From Acidobacteriota bacterium (GTDB taxonomy: Bacteria; Acidobacteriota; UBA890; WLXD01), in assembly GCA_965248695.1 (NCBI GenBank), contig CBDFKD010000002.1, positions 3,552,001 to 3,616,000 of the forward strand: a stretch of 64,000 nt of DNA, in the 5' to 3' direction. The position numbers were made by a program, and so were the translations under genes. Below, piece by piece: positions 48,847 through 59,522 of the stretch (within the stretch, counting starts at the first letter, position 1; the number at the start of each line of letters is the position of its first letter). The notes under the pieces were generated by a model. It was not told the origin of the DNA, searched no databases, and saw only the letters and a program-made list of their open reading frames with translations.

Positions 48847-49913
48847 ATGCGCATCCGCGTGTCCGCACTCGTCATCTTGTTCAGTCTCTGTCTAGTGGCG
48901 ACCAACCCTGCGGAGCCAAGCGGGCCGCAATCGGAGACCGCCGAACCCCCCACCTGGTCGCTTGCAGCTACCGGCGACTCGATCATCACTCGGCCCGTTT
49001 CCATCTACGACGATGAGCGGTTGCTGGACCTCGTCGAGCTTGTCCGAGGCGCTGACATTGCGTTCACCAACGTCGAAACTACGATTCTTCGACTATGGGA
49101 CTTCAAGGGCTGGCCGGCGGCTGGCGCCTGGGAACAACGCGGCCCCCCGGAGATGGCCGATGAGCTCAAGTGGATGGGATTTGATCTGGCGAATTTCGCC
49201 AACAACCACACCGGCGACTTCGGTATCGAAGGCATGGTCGCGACGATGCGCAATCTCGAGCGTGCCGGGCTGGTGCACTCAGGAGCCGGCATGAATCTCG
49301 GCCGCGCGAGCGCGCCCGCCTACCTGGATACGAAGAAGGGTCGCGTTGCGCTGATCGGTCTGGCGAGCACGTTCGCGCGCCATGCCCGCGCCGCGCCGAC
49401 CCGTTTGGACTCTCGGGGCCGACCGGGGCTCAACCCGCTGCGAGTCAATCGGACCTATCAAGTAGATCCTGAGCGAATGGCAGATCTACGTCGGATCGGC
49501 GAGGAGCTTGGCAGTGCCGTGCCCGAGTCACCGGAGGAGCCTCTCCGGGTTGGGGGTACTACCTTCGTTCAGGGACCGGAAACGAAACTGATCGAGACGG
49601 TGAACTCCCAGGACGAGGAGCGGATCCTCCACGTGATTCGCAATGCGGCCAAGCAGGCCGATTTCGTCATCGTCAACAGCCACTCCCATGAAAGCGGCAA
49701 CACTAACGAGGAGCCGCCGACGTGGCTCATCGGGTTCATCAAGAAGTGTCTCGACGCGGGCGCGGTCACCTATATCGTCCACGGGCCGCACCGGCTCAGG
49801 GGTATCGAGATCTACAAGGGCAAGCCCATCTTCTACAGCTTGGCGGATTTCATTTTTCAGTATGAGACCGAGGAGCCGGTGTCTCAGGATACATACGAGG
49901 CGTTTGATGTCGT
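48847..49913 (+). pseudogene. CapA/PGA-synthesis family metallophosphoesterase, 3' truncated by IS3-A
   Basis: ATGD, NVE, ANNH..DFG, H.HE, HGPH..RGIEIY.G.PIFYSL; runs into IS end. Confidence 0.82.
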
Positions 49914-51173
49914 TGACCTGACCCCGCGGTTAGTACCATGTCTTATCTCAGTAACTCGGTGCTGACAAGAGGTTGTTGAGGCCGGCGAAGCGGAGCGCAG
50001 CCGGCTTCAACAACGTCGCTTCGGGTGCGGGCGGCCGATAGCTCAGCGAGCTGTGCGGTCGCATGCGGTTGTAGTGCTGACGCCATCTCTCGATCAGAAC
50101 CTTTGCCTCCTTGAGCGTGTAGAAGATCTCTCCATCCAGCAGCTCGTCGCGTAGCTTGCCGTTGAAGCTCTCCACGTAACCGTTCTCCCACGGCGAGCCC
50201 GGCTCGATGAACAGCGTCCCCACGCCCAACCGGCCCAGCCAGTCGCGAACCGCCTCGGCGGTGAACTCTGGTCCGTTATCCGACCGGATGTGCTCAGGTA
50301 TGCCCCGGTGTACGAACAACCTCCCGAGCTGCTCCAGCACGTCCTCAGAGTTGAGCTTCCGTGCTACATGGATCGCCAGGCTTTCTCGTGTGTACTCATC
50401 GACGATCGTCAGCAGCCTCATAGCCCGACCGTCGTGCGTCCGGTGGTGCAGGAAGTCATACGCCCAGACATGATCCCGGTGCTGTGGGCGCAGCCGGATG
50501 CAGGAGCCATCGCTCAGCCACAGCCGTGCTCGTTTGGGCTGTTTTCTCGGTACTTTCAGCCCTTCGCGCCGCCAGATACGCTGCACTCGTTTGTGGTTCA
50601 CGGACCAGCCCTCCATGCGCAGCAACGCTGTCACCCTCCGATATCCGTAGCGCCCGTACTGTCGGGCTAAATCCACGATCCGCTCCGTCAAAATCTGCTC
50701 CTGTTGCGGCTCTCTTGGCACGTACCGGTGTGTCGTGCGTGGTTGTTTCAGTACCCGACACGCCCGCCTCTCCGAGACGCCCAGCCGCCCCCGTACATGT
50801 GCCACCGCCTCTCGCCGCCGAGCTGGGCTCAGAAGTTTCCCTCCGCCACTTCCTTCAGGATCGACAGGTCGAGTTCCTTTTCCGCCACCAGCCTCTTGAG
50901 CCGGGCATTCTCCTTCTCCAGTTGCTTGAGCTTTCTGGCCTGGTTGAGCTTCAGTCCGCCGTACTCTCGCCGCCACCGGTAGTAGGTGTGCTCGGTGATT
51001 GCTAGCTTGCGGCAGGCATCCTTGACCGTCGCCCCTCGAGCCAGCTCCACCTCAGCCTCCCGGAGCTTGCGTACGATCTGCTCGGCGCTGTGCCTCTTAC
51101 TCGGCATTCTGACCTCCCGTTCTTGACCCAGATCGTGAGATTACATCCGGATCCGTTTTCGGGGGTCAGGTCA
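49914..51173 (-). mobile_element. IS3-family element A, copy 2 (complete)
   Basis: TGACCTGACCCC at both ends; orfA 50829-51107, orfB ending 49948 with full DDE; no TSD, unrelated flanks. Confidence 0.95.
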
Positions 51174-51710
51174 TTGTCGCGCTTCGCAGAACTCGATGTG
51201 ATCGCGAACTTCCAACCCATGTGGGCCCAGACCGATCCACACATGATTGATCTCACGATACCCAAATTGGGTCCGGAGCGAACAAGTTGGTTGTATCCAT
51301 TTCGCAGCATCGTCGCCTCTGGCGCCAGAATCGCCTTCGGCAGCGATTGGTCCGTCACATCGATGAATCCGCTCGACAACATTCAGGTAGCGGTTACTCG
51401 CTCCCGCTTTGCCTCCAACCTCAGGCCAGGGGATCCTCCGCCACCGGGGCTTGATGGTTCTGGGCCTAGTTGGATCCCTGGGAAACGCGTGGATCTAGAA
51501 ACCGCAATCGCCGCCTACACGCTCGACGTTGCCTACCTCAACTTTCAGGAGGACGAGGTCGGCTCGATCGAGGTCGGGAAATACGCAGACCTTGCAGTTC
51601 TCGATCGAAACGTTTTCGAGGTGCCACCCTCTGACATTCACAAAGCGAGAGTCCTGCTGACACTCCTGGAGGGCGAATCCGTCTACGAAGATCCGGCATG
51701 GACCTGGTAA
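51174..51710 (+). pseudogene. Amidohydrolase-3 C-terminal fragment
   Basis: RFAELDVIA.FQP.W, YPFRS, FGSDW.V, AIAAYT, GSIEVGKYADL; begins at IS end. Confidence 0.85.
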
Positions 51711-51720
51711 CGGTCCGCGT

Positions 51721-51756
51721 GACGAGCTAAAGCGGTTCGTGCCGACGGACCCGTAG
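51721..51756 (+). pseudogene. Kinase-PD40 C-terminal tail remnant
   Basis: DELKRFVPTDP*; near-identical to 43248-43285 reverse complement. Confidence 0.6.
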
Positions 51757-51892
51757 CGGCGCTGAGTGAGCGTTTCCAGCCGCAATGACATCCATTGACA
51801 TTTCGGGTTCAAACAGCATCAAACCGACGCAACTAGCGTCAAAACCACCAGCCCGCAAGTTCAAGCCACGTCAAGGGATAGCAACAATCGTC

Positions 51893-54292
51893 ATGACCAC
51901 AGCGTCCGCATTGTTGGCTGAGATCCGCGCCGCGCTGAGAGGATTGCGTCGGCGACCCACGACCACGCTGGCCGCCGTGGTCACGCTTGGTCTCGGAATA
52001 GCCGCTGCTGGGTTGGGCGCCGCATCGTTGGAGCAGATGCTGCTGCGGCGGCTTCCCTTTGAAGACCCGGCCAATCTCTTCACCATCTACGAGATGCAGC
52101 GCGGCAGGAATTGGTTCCGAGAGGTGTCGTATCCGGAGCTGCAATCACTTCAGCGCGACATGGCAGATCGTGCGCAGCTCGCTGGTTTCGTTCGCATCTG
52201 GGCCGCGCTCGGCGATGCTGACCACCCGGTGCAAGTTATTGGCGAACTCGTCACTTCCAACTACTTTTCTGTGCTTGGCATCGAGCCGGCCATCGGGCGG
52301 TTCTTTGTTGGTGGCGAAACGGGTAGCGACCTGGTCGTGCTGAGCCACGGTCTGTGGCAGCGCCAGTTTGGCGGGACCGGGAGCGTCGTTGGCCGGCGCG
52401 TTCGACTCGATCAAAGGTCCTTCACGATCATTGGGGTTGCGCCGCCGGGTTTCCATGGTCCCGCGTGGCAACCGGAGTACTGGTTGCCGCTAGAAGCCGG
52501 CAGGCGGGCGCTATGGGGCGACGACACCGATCTACAAGACCGATCGGCGCACTGGCTGCAAACGATCGGCCGACTTACGGGGCGCGCTGGCCGGGGTGTT
52601 CTCGCGCGACAGATCGTCGGTGCCGTGAATCACCCGGAAGAGGACGAAGGCTCCGGTACATGGGCAATGGAGATGTTGCCAGCGCGTCAGCTGCGGTTCT
52701 TCCCCGCGTACCGCACCGCAGTTATCCGCATCGTTGGCGGATTCGAGATCTTGGCACTACTCGTACTCGTTACCGCGGCGGCGAATCTGTCAACGATGAT
52801 GATCGCGCAAGGTCAGGCGCGCACCGCTGAGATGGCCGTCCGTCGGGCGCTCGGTGCTCGGCGCTCCCAGCTCGCGCGCCGAATCGCCGTCGAAGTTGGA
52901 TGTATTGGAGTAGCCGGAGCACTAACCGGGCTGATGCTGATGGGAGTCGCAAGTCCGCTTGTCTCTGGCTTGCCGCTCACCGTCCCCGTCCGGCTCGGGC
53001 TGTCGTTCGATTCTGTTGCGGTAGCACTTGCGACGCTCGCCGGACTGGGTGGATGCCTCCTTATCGGGTTGATAGTCGGCGTCGTGGAGCTTCGAGGGCT
53101 CGATTTCAGACAAGCGCACGGACCCGGTAACACGCGGGCACGCGTAACGAATACGCTCGTCGCCTTTCAGGTGGCCGGCTCGACCATCCTGCTGGTTGCA
53201 ATGAGCTTGCTGGTTCGCAGCGCCTGGAACACGTCTAACATCGATCTCGGCTTCCGGACCGCGGGTATCATTTCCGCGAGCATCTCGCTCGACGCCAACG
53301 CCTATGACGAACGTGCCGGCAGCGAATTCTATGCCAGGCTACGGAACGAGCTCGTGCGGCACCCGCTCATCAACGACGCCGCAATTACGTCTCAGCTGCC
53401 GCTGCGATTCGTTCGCTCGAACGTCGAGGTCAAGCCGATCGACTCAGCTGCACAGGCAATCGATGCCCGATTGGCCGGCGTGTCTCCTGGACTCTTGGAG
53501 CTCCTGGAGGTTCCGATACTGGCCGGTCGGTCGATAGCCGACTCGGATGCGATTGACAGTGGTCGCGTCGCAGTAATCAACGAGACGTTGAACCATAGGC
53601 TGGGTGGCAACACGGTTGGAACGGAGGTTCAACTGTCCGGGGAATCGCGACCGCGCACCGTCGTTGGAGTTGTCGCCGACAGCAAGTACAACGCACTAAC
53701 AGAGACAGCTATCCCGTTTGTCCACGTTCCACTCCAGCAACAGTATTGGCCCGAGCCGAGCATCCTGCTGATCGGACGGGGCGTCGAACCGTTGGCGGCC
53801 ATGCCCATATTGCGCGATGTGCTAGCTCGCCTCGATCCGCTGGTTCCGCTCGAAGATCCCACGCCTTTGACCGCGCTGCACGATAGAGCCGGCGCCGAAT
53901 CACGTGCCAACGCGGCGATCTCCAGCACACTCGCGGCTATCGGCTTGCTGCTTGCCGTCACTGGTCTGTACGGAATGATGGCGCACTCGCTGGCAACTCG
54001 GCGCCGTGAGATCGCGATCCGGTCGGCGGTAGGCGCCACCCCCGGTGCCCTGCGACGGGAGGCGCTGGTTACGCCCGCCCGCCCGATGCTCGTCGGCATC
54101 AGCCTTGGGCTACTCGGTGCCTACCTTGCGGCGGGGGCTCTGGCAACATCATTAGTTGGTGTACAGGTGCACGAACTATCGAACTTTGCGACCCCCGCGA
54201 TAGTCATCGTAGCTGCTTCACTGGGCGTGGCGTGGTTCCCGGCCGGTCGGGCCTCGAGACAGCCGCCGGCACAGGTCCTGCGCGCCGAATAG
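51893..54292 (+). CDS. ABC permease, ADOP type (divergent)
   Basis: R.LRRRP, V.SNYF.VLG, AANLS...R.AEMAVR.ALGA, RRREIAIR, P..VLRAE. Confidence 0.9.
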   Translation: MTTASALLAEIRAALRGLRRRPTTTLAAVVTLGLGIAAAGLGAASLEQMLLRRLPFEDPANLFTIYEMQRGRNWFREVSYPELQSLQRDMADRAQLAGFVRIWAALGDADHPVQVIGELVTSNYFSVLGIEPAIGRFFVGGETGSDLVVLSHGLWQRQFGGTGSVVGRRVRLDQRSFTIIGVAPPGFHGPAWQPEYWLPLEAGRRALWGDDTDLQDRSAHWLQTIGRLTGRAGRGVLARQIVGAVNHPEEDEGSGTWAMEMLPARQLRFFPAYRTAVIRIVGGFEILALLVLVTAAANLSTMMIAQGQARTAEMAVRRALGARRSQLARRIAVEVGCIGVAGALTGLMLMGVASPLVSGLPLTVPVRLGLSFDSVAVALATLAGLGGCLLIGLIVGVVELRGLDFRQAHGPGNTRARVTNTLVAFQVAGSTILLVAMSLLVRSAWNTSNIDLGFRTAGIISASISLDANAYDERAGSEFYARLRNELVRHPLINDAAITSQLPLRFVRSNVEVKPIDSAAQAIDARLAGVSPGLLELLEVPILAGRSIADSDAIDSGRVAVINETLNHRLGGNTVGTEVQLSGESRPRTVVGVVADSKYNALTETAIPFVHVPLQQQYWPEPSILLIGRGVEPLAAMPILRDVLARLDPLVPLEDPTPLTALHDRAGAESRANAAISSTLAAIGLLLAVTGLYGMMAHSLATRRREIAIRSAVGATPGALRREALVTPARPMLVGISLGLLGAYLAAGALATSLVGVQVHELSNFATPAIVIVAASLGVAWFPAGRASRQPPAQVLRAE

Positions 54293-54539
54293 TCCCCCAC
54301 TCCCGAACCAGACAGCTCGGATCGTCTCGCCGGACGGCACTGTCAAGTTAGCCGCGCGACGCTCGGCTTCGGACAAGCTCTGCATCGCGTCCTCAACTTG
54401 ATAGTGCCGTTCGCGGAGCCGCAGACGAGCTGGTACGGCCTGTCGCGCTACTGGCGCGACGGCCGGAACCCGAGGCTGGTTAGCGACCAGACGGAGCGCT
54501 CAGCGTTGTCGCGAGCAGGGGTTCGACGCTAATGCTGGC

Positions 54540-54710
54540 CGTTCCTAGCTGCCAGACGAGCTCCTCGAGCGCGCTGGCGCGGTCCGGACCGAGCAGCACA
54601 TCGGCGCATTCCCGTTATTTGGCGGAGATCTCGACGTCGCTGAGCGGCGCGTCGTCCTCAAGTCAGGATCTCCCGTTGGAACGCGCGCCCGGTAGCGATA
54701 CGCTTTCCGC
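54540..54710 (-). pseudogene. Possible MmgE/PrpD C-terminal remnant
   Basis: GDP(fs)..PLSDVEISAK*RECADVLLG.DRA.ALEELVWQL. Confidence 0.45.
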
Positions 54711-54737
54711 GCTCCCCCACCCGTCTTTGGTACCGCC

Positions 54738-54800
54738 ATGGAACCCGGCACCAAACTAGGCTCCTGCGAGATCACGTTATTGGCCGGGCTCAGGCCGTGA
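54738..54800 (+). pseudogene. Ser/Thr kinase N-terminal stub
   Basis: MEPGTKLGSCEIT resembles the PGTRLGPYEI kinase start; stop overlaps next gene start (GTGA). Confidence 0.55.
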
Positions 54801-57031
54801 CCGCAAGGGGTTTCCGCCGCGCGCTCCGACGGGGCCTCTACCTTGTGCAGTACCTGTACTTCCAGCGCTTTCCACTCGCGTTCCTGTTGCTGCTGTGGAC
54901 CATCTCGATTGGCGCGTTGCGGGGCAACTCCGTGCTGTCTGGCTGTCTCGAGACGGTCTCGCCGCGGGCGACGAGCTTTCTCGCCGCCACGGCGCTGTTC
55001 CTGTCGTGGCTGATCGTCTCGGCGTTCTTCCTGACATGGCGGCACGGCGAGGCGCGCTTCGGTGTCCGCTTGCTCTGGCACCCGTTCGCCGGAGCGGCCG
55101 GGCGCTTGCGATTGCTGCCGGCCGCGTTCGTGGCGGCCTTGCCGCTATGGGCGATCTTTGCAAGCCGCCATCACGAGCTGACTGCGACCGTCGCCGGCCT
55201 CGCCATTGCCGCGGCCGTCATTGTGGTTTTTGGCACTTTGTCGTTCCTCGACGAGCTGCTCAGTCTGACGAGGTCCCCGGCACGGCGCATCGCGAAACAC
55301 CTCCGACTCCCTCGGCCAATCGAGTGGGTCACCGCAACCACCGGGTGGTTAGCGCGGTTCCTTGGCCCTGGGTACTGGGAACCAGGCAGCCCCGGCCGGA
55401 TCGCCGAGGGTCAGGCCCGTGCGGTCGTCGGATTCGTTGCCCTGGCTGTTCTCTACATCTCGGTGTACCTCGTCTGGCAGGCGGGCCCGCCGGTCGAGGG
55501 CGAGCCCGCGGGCGCCTTCCTGCTGCTGTTCCTGTCGCTCCTGCTGTCTGGCCTTGCCGGGGCCGCGTTTCTGCTCGACCGCTATCGCGTCCCGGTTCTC
55601 CTGAGCAGCCTCGCAGTGCTCATCCTGCTGTATGGCGCCAACGGCGCCGATCACTACTTCGAGGTCGAGGTCATTCCCCCGGACGAGCGGCTCGAGCCGG
55701 TGAGTATCCCGACCGCAGTGAGGGCGCGCCTGCGCGCGACGGCTGAGGGTCGCGCCGAGAGCGCACGCCCAGTCCTGGTCGTGGCCACGGTCAGCGGTGG
55801 TGGGATCCAGGCGACGGCCTGGGCCGGGCGCGTGCTGACCAGTCTCGAGGAGGCGACCGCTGCCGACGCGATTCTGGCAGAGCGAGGGATCCTTTTCCTG
55901 GAGTCGCTGCAGCTGATCAGCTCCGTTTCAGGTGGCAGCGTCGGCGCGCTGGAGTTGCTCGCTGCGATGCAGCAGCACGGCCCCTCGGGTCCATGGGCAA
56001 CCGAGGAGCTGGCGCGAATCCGTCGAGCCACGAAGCAGTCCAGCCTGGCGGCCCTAGGATGGGCCATCGTGTACCCGGAGTTCTTGCGCGTTCTCCTGCC
56101 GGGGTACGACTCGCGCAAGGACCGCGGCTGGGCGCTCGAGCGCGCCTGGTCGCGCACACTCCGACAGGTACTCGGCGTCGACCGACACCTCTATCGCGCC
56201 AACTGGGCCCGCGAGGTTAACGCTGGACGGCTACCGGGAATGGTCTTCAATTCCACCATTGTAGAGACCGGCTCGCCGTTGTTTCTCACCCCGCTGGCCA
56301 CCGACGACATGGCTGATGGATACCCCGACTTCGGCATTCGACAGCTTCTCGTGGACCCCGACGCGGAAACGTCTGGGTTCCTCGACATCGACATGGTGCA
56401 AGCGGCGCGGCTGTCGTCGAGCTTCCCCTATCTCGGCCCACCGGCCGCTCCTCGCTGCGTCGCCGGCCCGTGCCCGGCCTTCGGCGCGTATCACGTAGTG
56501 GACGGTGGGTATTTCGACAACTACGGGATCACGGCGGCGGTCGCCTGGCTTCAGGAGCTGCGCGCGGCCGTCGACTTCGACATAGGCCACGCCTTCGGAG
56601 CGGTGGCGATTGTCGAGATCAAGGCGTTACCCGAGCCGGTTCCGCGCGCCCCGATACCGACGCGGTGGACCGGAATCTACACCGAGCTTCTCGGCCCCGC
56701 GATCGCCATGGTGAACATGCGCCGCACCTCACAGACGGTTCGCGACGACATCGAGGTGAAAAGCCTGTGCGCGATCCTCGAGCAGGGCGGCGAACGCGAC
56801 GCCGTGCCCTGTGAGCAGTTCGTGTTCCAGCCGCCGCCCGACGTCCGGCCACCGGTATCGTGGCATCTGCGCGCCGAGGACGCGGCGGCAATCGACAGTT
56901 CGTGGGAGCGGATCGCGCAACCCGCCTCCGATGACGCCGAGTCGAGTCTCGCTCGGTTGCTCGCCTACATGCGTGCCCACTCGGCTCCGCTGCCGCCGGG
57001 AGCCGCGACCGACCAGCCGGCAGGAAGGTAG
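54797..57031 (+). CDS. Multi-TM patatin/cPLA2-like phospholipase
   Basis: Hydrophobic N-terminal third, then SGGGIQA, SSVSGGS, ARLSSSFPY, DGGYFDNYG. Confidence 0.8.
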   Translation: MTARGFRRALRRGLYLVQYLYFQRFPLAFLLLLWTISIGALRGNSVLSGCLETVSPRATSFLAATALFLSWLIVSAFFLTWRHGEARFGVRLLWHPFAGAAGRLRLLPAAFVAALPLWAIFASRHHELTATVAGLAIAAAVIVVFGTLSFLDELLSLTRSPARRIAKHLRLPRPIEWVTATTGWLARFLGPGYWEPGSPGRIAEGQARAVVGFVALAVLYISVYLVWQAGPPVEGEPAGAFLLLFLSLLLSGLAGAAFLLDRYRVPVLLSSLAVLILLYGANGADHYFEVEVIPPDERLEPVSIPTAVRARLRATAEGRAESARPVLVVATVSGGGIQATAWAGRVLTSLEEATAADAILAERGILFLESLQLISSVSGGSVGALELLAAMQQHGPSGPWATEELARIRRATKQSSLAALGWAIVYPEFLRVLLPGYDSRKDRGWALERAWSRTLRQVLGVDRHLYRANWAREVNAGRLPGMVFNSTIVETGSPLFLTPLATDDMADGYPDFGIRQLLVDPDAETSGFLDIDMVQAARLSSSFPYLGPPAAPRCVAGPCPAFGAYHVVDGGYFDNYGITAAVAWLQELRAAVDFDIGHAFGAVAIVEIKALPEPVPRAPIPTRWTGIYTELLGPAIAMVNMRRTSQTVRDDIEVKSLCAILEQGGERDAVPCEQFVFQPPPDVRPPVSWHLRAEDAAAIDSSWERIAQPASDDAESSLARLLAYMRAHSAPLPPGAATDQPAGR

Positions 57032-57041
57032 GCCGGTGATC

Positions 57042-57089
57042 ATGGAGCCCGGTACCCGACTGGCGGCGGATTCGATTCTGGGCGTTTGA
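57042..57089 (+). pseudogene. Ser/Thr kinase N-terminal stub
   Basis: MEPGTRLAADSILGV*; catggagcccggtacccgact resembles catggaacccggcaccaaact at 54737. Confidence 0.45.
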
Positions 57090-57165
57090 CGTTCACTAAT
57101 TGCGACTGTATCCACTATTCAGTCTTGATCCAGCAAGAATGCGTTGCGCCACAAGGACCAGATCC

Positions 57166-58473
57166 ATGACACTCGACTATATGCCAGGTTTCGGCAACGA
57201 TTTTGAAACCGAAGCGCTGCCGGACGCCCTGCCACAGGGGCAGAACAGCCCGCAGAAGTGCAACTACGGGCTTTATGCAGAACAGCTGTCAGGATCGCCG
57301 TTTACGGCGCCGCGCGGCACCAATGAACGCTCCTGGCTATACCGGATCAGGCCGAGCGTCCGGCACACCGGACGTTTCGAGTGCATTGAGTTTCCGCTGT
57401 GGCGTTCTGCACCGGCAAATCACGAAATCGAACTGCCGCTGCAACAGATGCGCTGGGATCCGTTGCCAATTCCCGATGAGCCGACCGACCTGCTGGGCGG
57501 CATCCGCACCATGTCGACGGCCGGCGATGTGATGACCCAGGTGGGCATGGCGGCACATGTCTATGCCTTCAACGCGGGCATGGAAGACGATTATTTCTTC
57601 AATGCCGATGGTGAATTGCTGTTCGTGCCGCAAGCAGGCGGCATTGTGATCTTTACCGAAATGGGCAAGATGGACGTTTCACCGGGCGAACTCTGCGTCG
57701 TGCCGCGCGGCATGCTGTTCAAGGCACAGTTGCTCGACGGACCGGCACGCGGCTACATCTGCGAAAATTACGGGGCGAAGTTCGCCCTGCCCGACCGCGG
57801 GCCGATCGGCGCCAACTGCCTCGCCAATCCGCGCGACTTCAAGACGCCGGTGGCGGCCTTTGAAGACAAGCAGACGCGCTGCCGGGTCAGCATCAAATGG
57901 TGTGGCAGATTTTACGTGACCGAAATCGACCATTCGCCGCTCGATGTGGTCGCCTGGCACGGCAACTACTCGCCCTACAAGTATGATCTGGCAACGTTTT
58001 CGCCGGTCGGCGCCATTCTGTTTGATCACCCGGATCCGTCGATATTCACCGTGCTCACGGCACCGTCAGAAGAAACGGGCACGGCAAACATAGACTTCGT
58101 GATCTTTCCGCCGCGCTGGCTGGTTGCCGAGCATACGTTCCGCCCGCCCTGGTATCACCGCAACATCATGAGTGAATTCATGGGGCTGGTGTGCGGACAG
58201 TACGATGCGAAAGCAGAAGGTTTCGTGCCCGGCGGCATTAGCCTGCATAACATGATGCTGCCGCATGGGCCGGATCATATGGGGTTCGAGAAAGCCTCAC
58301 ACACCGATCTGAAACCGCACAAGCTGGACGATACGCTAGCCTTCATGTTCGAGACCCGATTTCCCCAGCATGTGACGGCGTTCGCCGCCTCGCTCGACAC
58401 GCTGCAGGACGACTACATCGAATGCTGGACCGGCCTCGAGCGTAAGTTTGACGGTACCAAGGACCCGAAGTAG
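57166..58473 (+). CDS. hmgA: Homogentisate 1,2-dioxygenase
   Basis: [57 protein letters not shown]. Confidence 0.97.
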   Translation: MTLDYMPGFGNDFETEALPDALPQGQNSPQKCNYGLYAEQLSGSPFTAPRGTNERSWLYRIRPSVRHTGRFECIEFPLWRSAPANHEIELPLQQMRWDPLPIPDEPTDLLGGIRTMSTAGDVMTQVGMAAHVYAFNAGMEDDYFFNADGELLFVPQAGGIVIFTEMGKMDVSPGELCVVPRGMLFKAQLLDGPARGYICENYGAKFALPDRGPIGANCLANPRDFKTPVAAFEDKQTRCRVSIKWCGRFYVTEIDHSPLDVVAWHGNYSPYKYDLATFSPVGAILFDHPDPSIFTVLTAPSEETGTANIDFVIFPPRWLVAEHTFRPPWYHRNIMSEFMGLVCGQYDAKAEGFVPGGISLHNMMLPHGPDHMGFEKASHTDLKPHKLDDTLAFMFETRFPQHVTAFAASLDTLQDDYIECWTGLERKFDGTKDPK

Positions 58474-58508
58474 TCGATGCCTTCCCGAAATCGGAGCACC
58501 TCTGAACA

Positions 58509-59522
58509 ATGAAGCTGGCGACGCTGAGAGATGGGACGCGCGACGGGCAGCTCGTTGTCGTCTCCAGGGATCTGTCAAGGTATCTGCCGGCCGACTCGGT
58601 GGCCGGCACCATGCGCGCGGCACTCGACGACTGGGACCGGTTTGAGCCGCAGCTCCAGGTGATCTCTGATCAGCTTGCGCCGGAGACCGGCAACGGCGAT
58701 GCGTTCGATGCCGCCGGTTGCATGGCACCTTTGCCGAGGGCCAGCCAGTGGGCCGACGGGTCAGCCTATGTCAATCACGTGGAACTGGTCAGAAAGGCGC
58801 GTGGCGCCGAAATCCCGGCCAGCTTCTGGGTGGACCCACTGATGTATATGGGCGCACCGGATGCCATGCTCGGGCCGCACGACGACATTGCGGTTGCCAA
58901 CGAGGACTGGGGTATCGACATGGAGGCCGAAGTCGCCGTCGTCGTCGACGACCTGCCGCAGGGCATCAGCCCTGATGAGGCCGCGTCCAAGATCAAGCTG
59001 ATCATGATCCTCAACGACGTGTCCTATCGAAATCTCATCGCGGCAGAGCTCAGCAAGGGATTCGGTTTTTTTCAGTCGAAAGGTGCAACGGCGTTTTCGC
59101 CGGTTGCGGCCACGCCGGACGAACTGGGTGCTGCCTGGCATGACGGCATGGTGCATCGCCAAATGCTCGTGTCTTATAACGACGAACCGTTCGGCAAGGC
59201 GGACGCCGACGTCGACATGACGTTCAATTTTCCAAGGCTCGTTTCGCATGCGGCGCGAACCCGCGATGTGCAGGCCGGCGCGATCATCGGTTCGGGGACG
59301 ATTTCAAACAAGGATGTTGACGGTACGCCCGGCAAACCGATTGCTGAAGGCGGCAAGGGCTATTCGTGTATTGCCGAAATCCGGATGATTGAGACGATCA
59401 GCGACGGGGCGCCGAAAACCGAGTTCATGAAGTTCGGCGACACAGTGCGCATTGACATGCAGGATGACGACGGCAACTCCATCTTCGGCGTGATTGATCA
59501 GACGGTGGTACGAGATGGCTAA
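58509..59522 (+). CDS. Fumarylacetoacetate hydrolase family protein
   Basis: MKLATL..G.RDG, WADGSAYVNH, D.EAE, NDVS.RNL...EL.KGFGFFQSK, GSGT. Confidence 0.92.
   Translation: MKLATLRDGTRDGQLVVVSRDLSRYLPADSVAGTMRAALDDWDRFEPQLQVISDQLAPETGNGDAFDAAGCMAPLPRASQWADGSAYVNHVELVRKARGAEIPASFWVDPLMYMGAPDAMLGPHDDIAVANEDWGIDMEAEVAVVVDDLPQGISPDEAASKIKLIMILNDVSYRNLIAAELSKGFGFFQSKGATAFSPVAATPDELGAAWHDGMVHRQMLVSYNDEPFGKADADVDMTFNFPRLVSHAARTRDVQAGAIIGSGTISNKDVDGTPGKPIAEGGKGYSCIAEIRMIETISDGAPKTEFMKFGDTVRIDMQDDDGNSIFGVIDQTVVRDG

Noticed and set aside
32914-51173. Simple composite transposon insertion
   Set aside because: No TSD at the outer ends, and the flanking broken genes (GT4, amidohydrolase) are unrelated.
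54318-54382. IVSPDGTVKL..LGFG as an internal kinase fragment
   Set aside because: Too short, needs a frameshift, and fits a PAS/PAC motif equally well.
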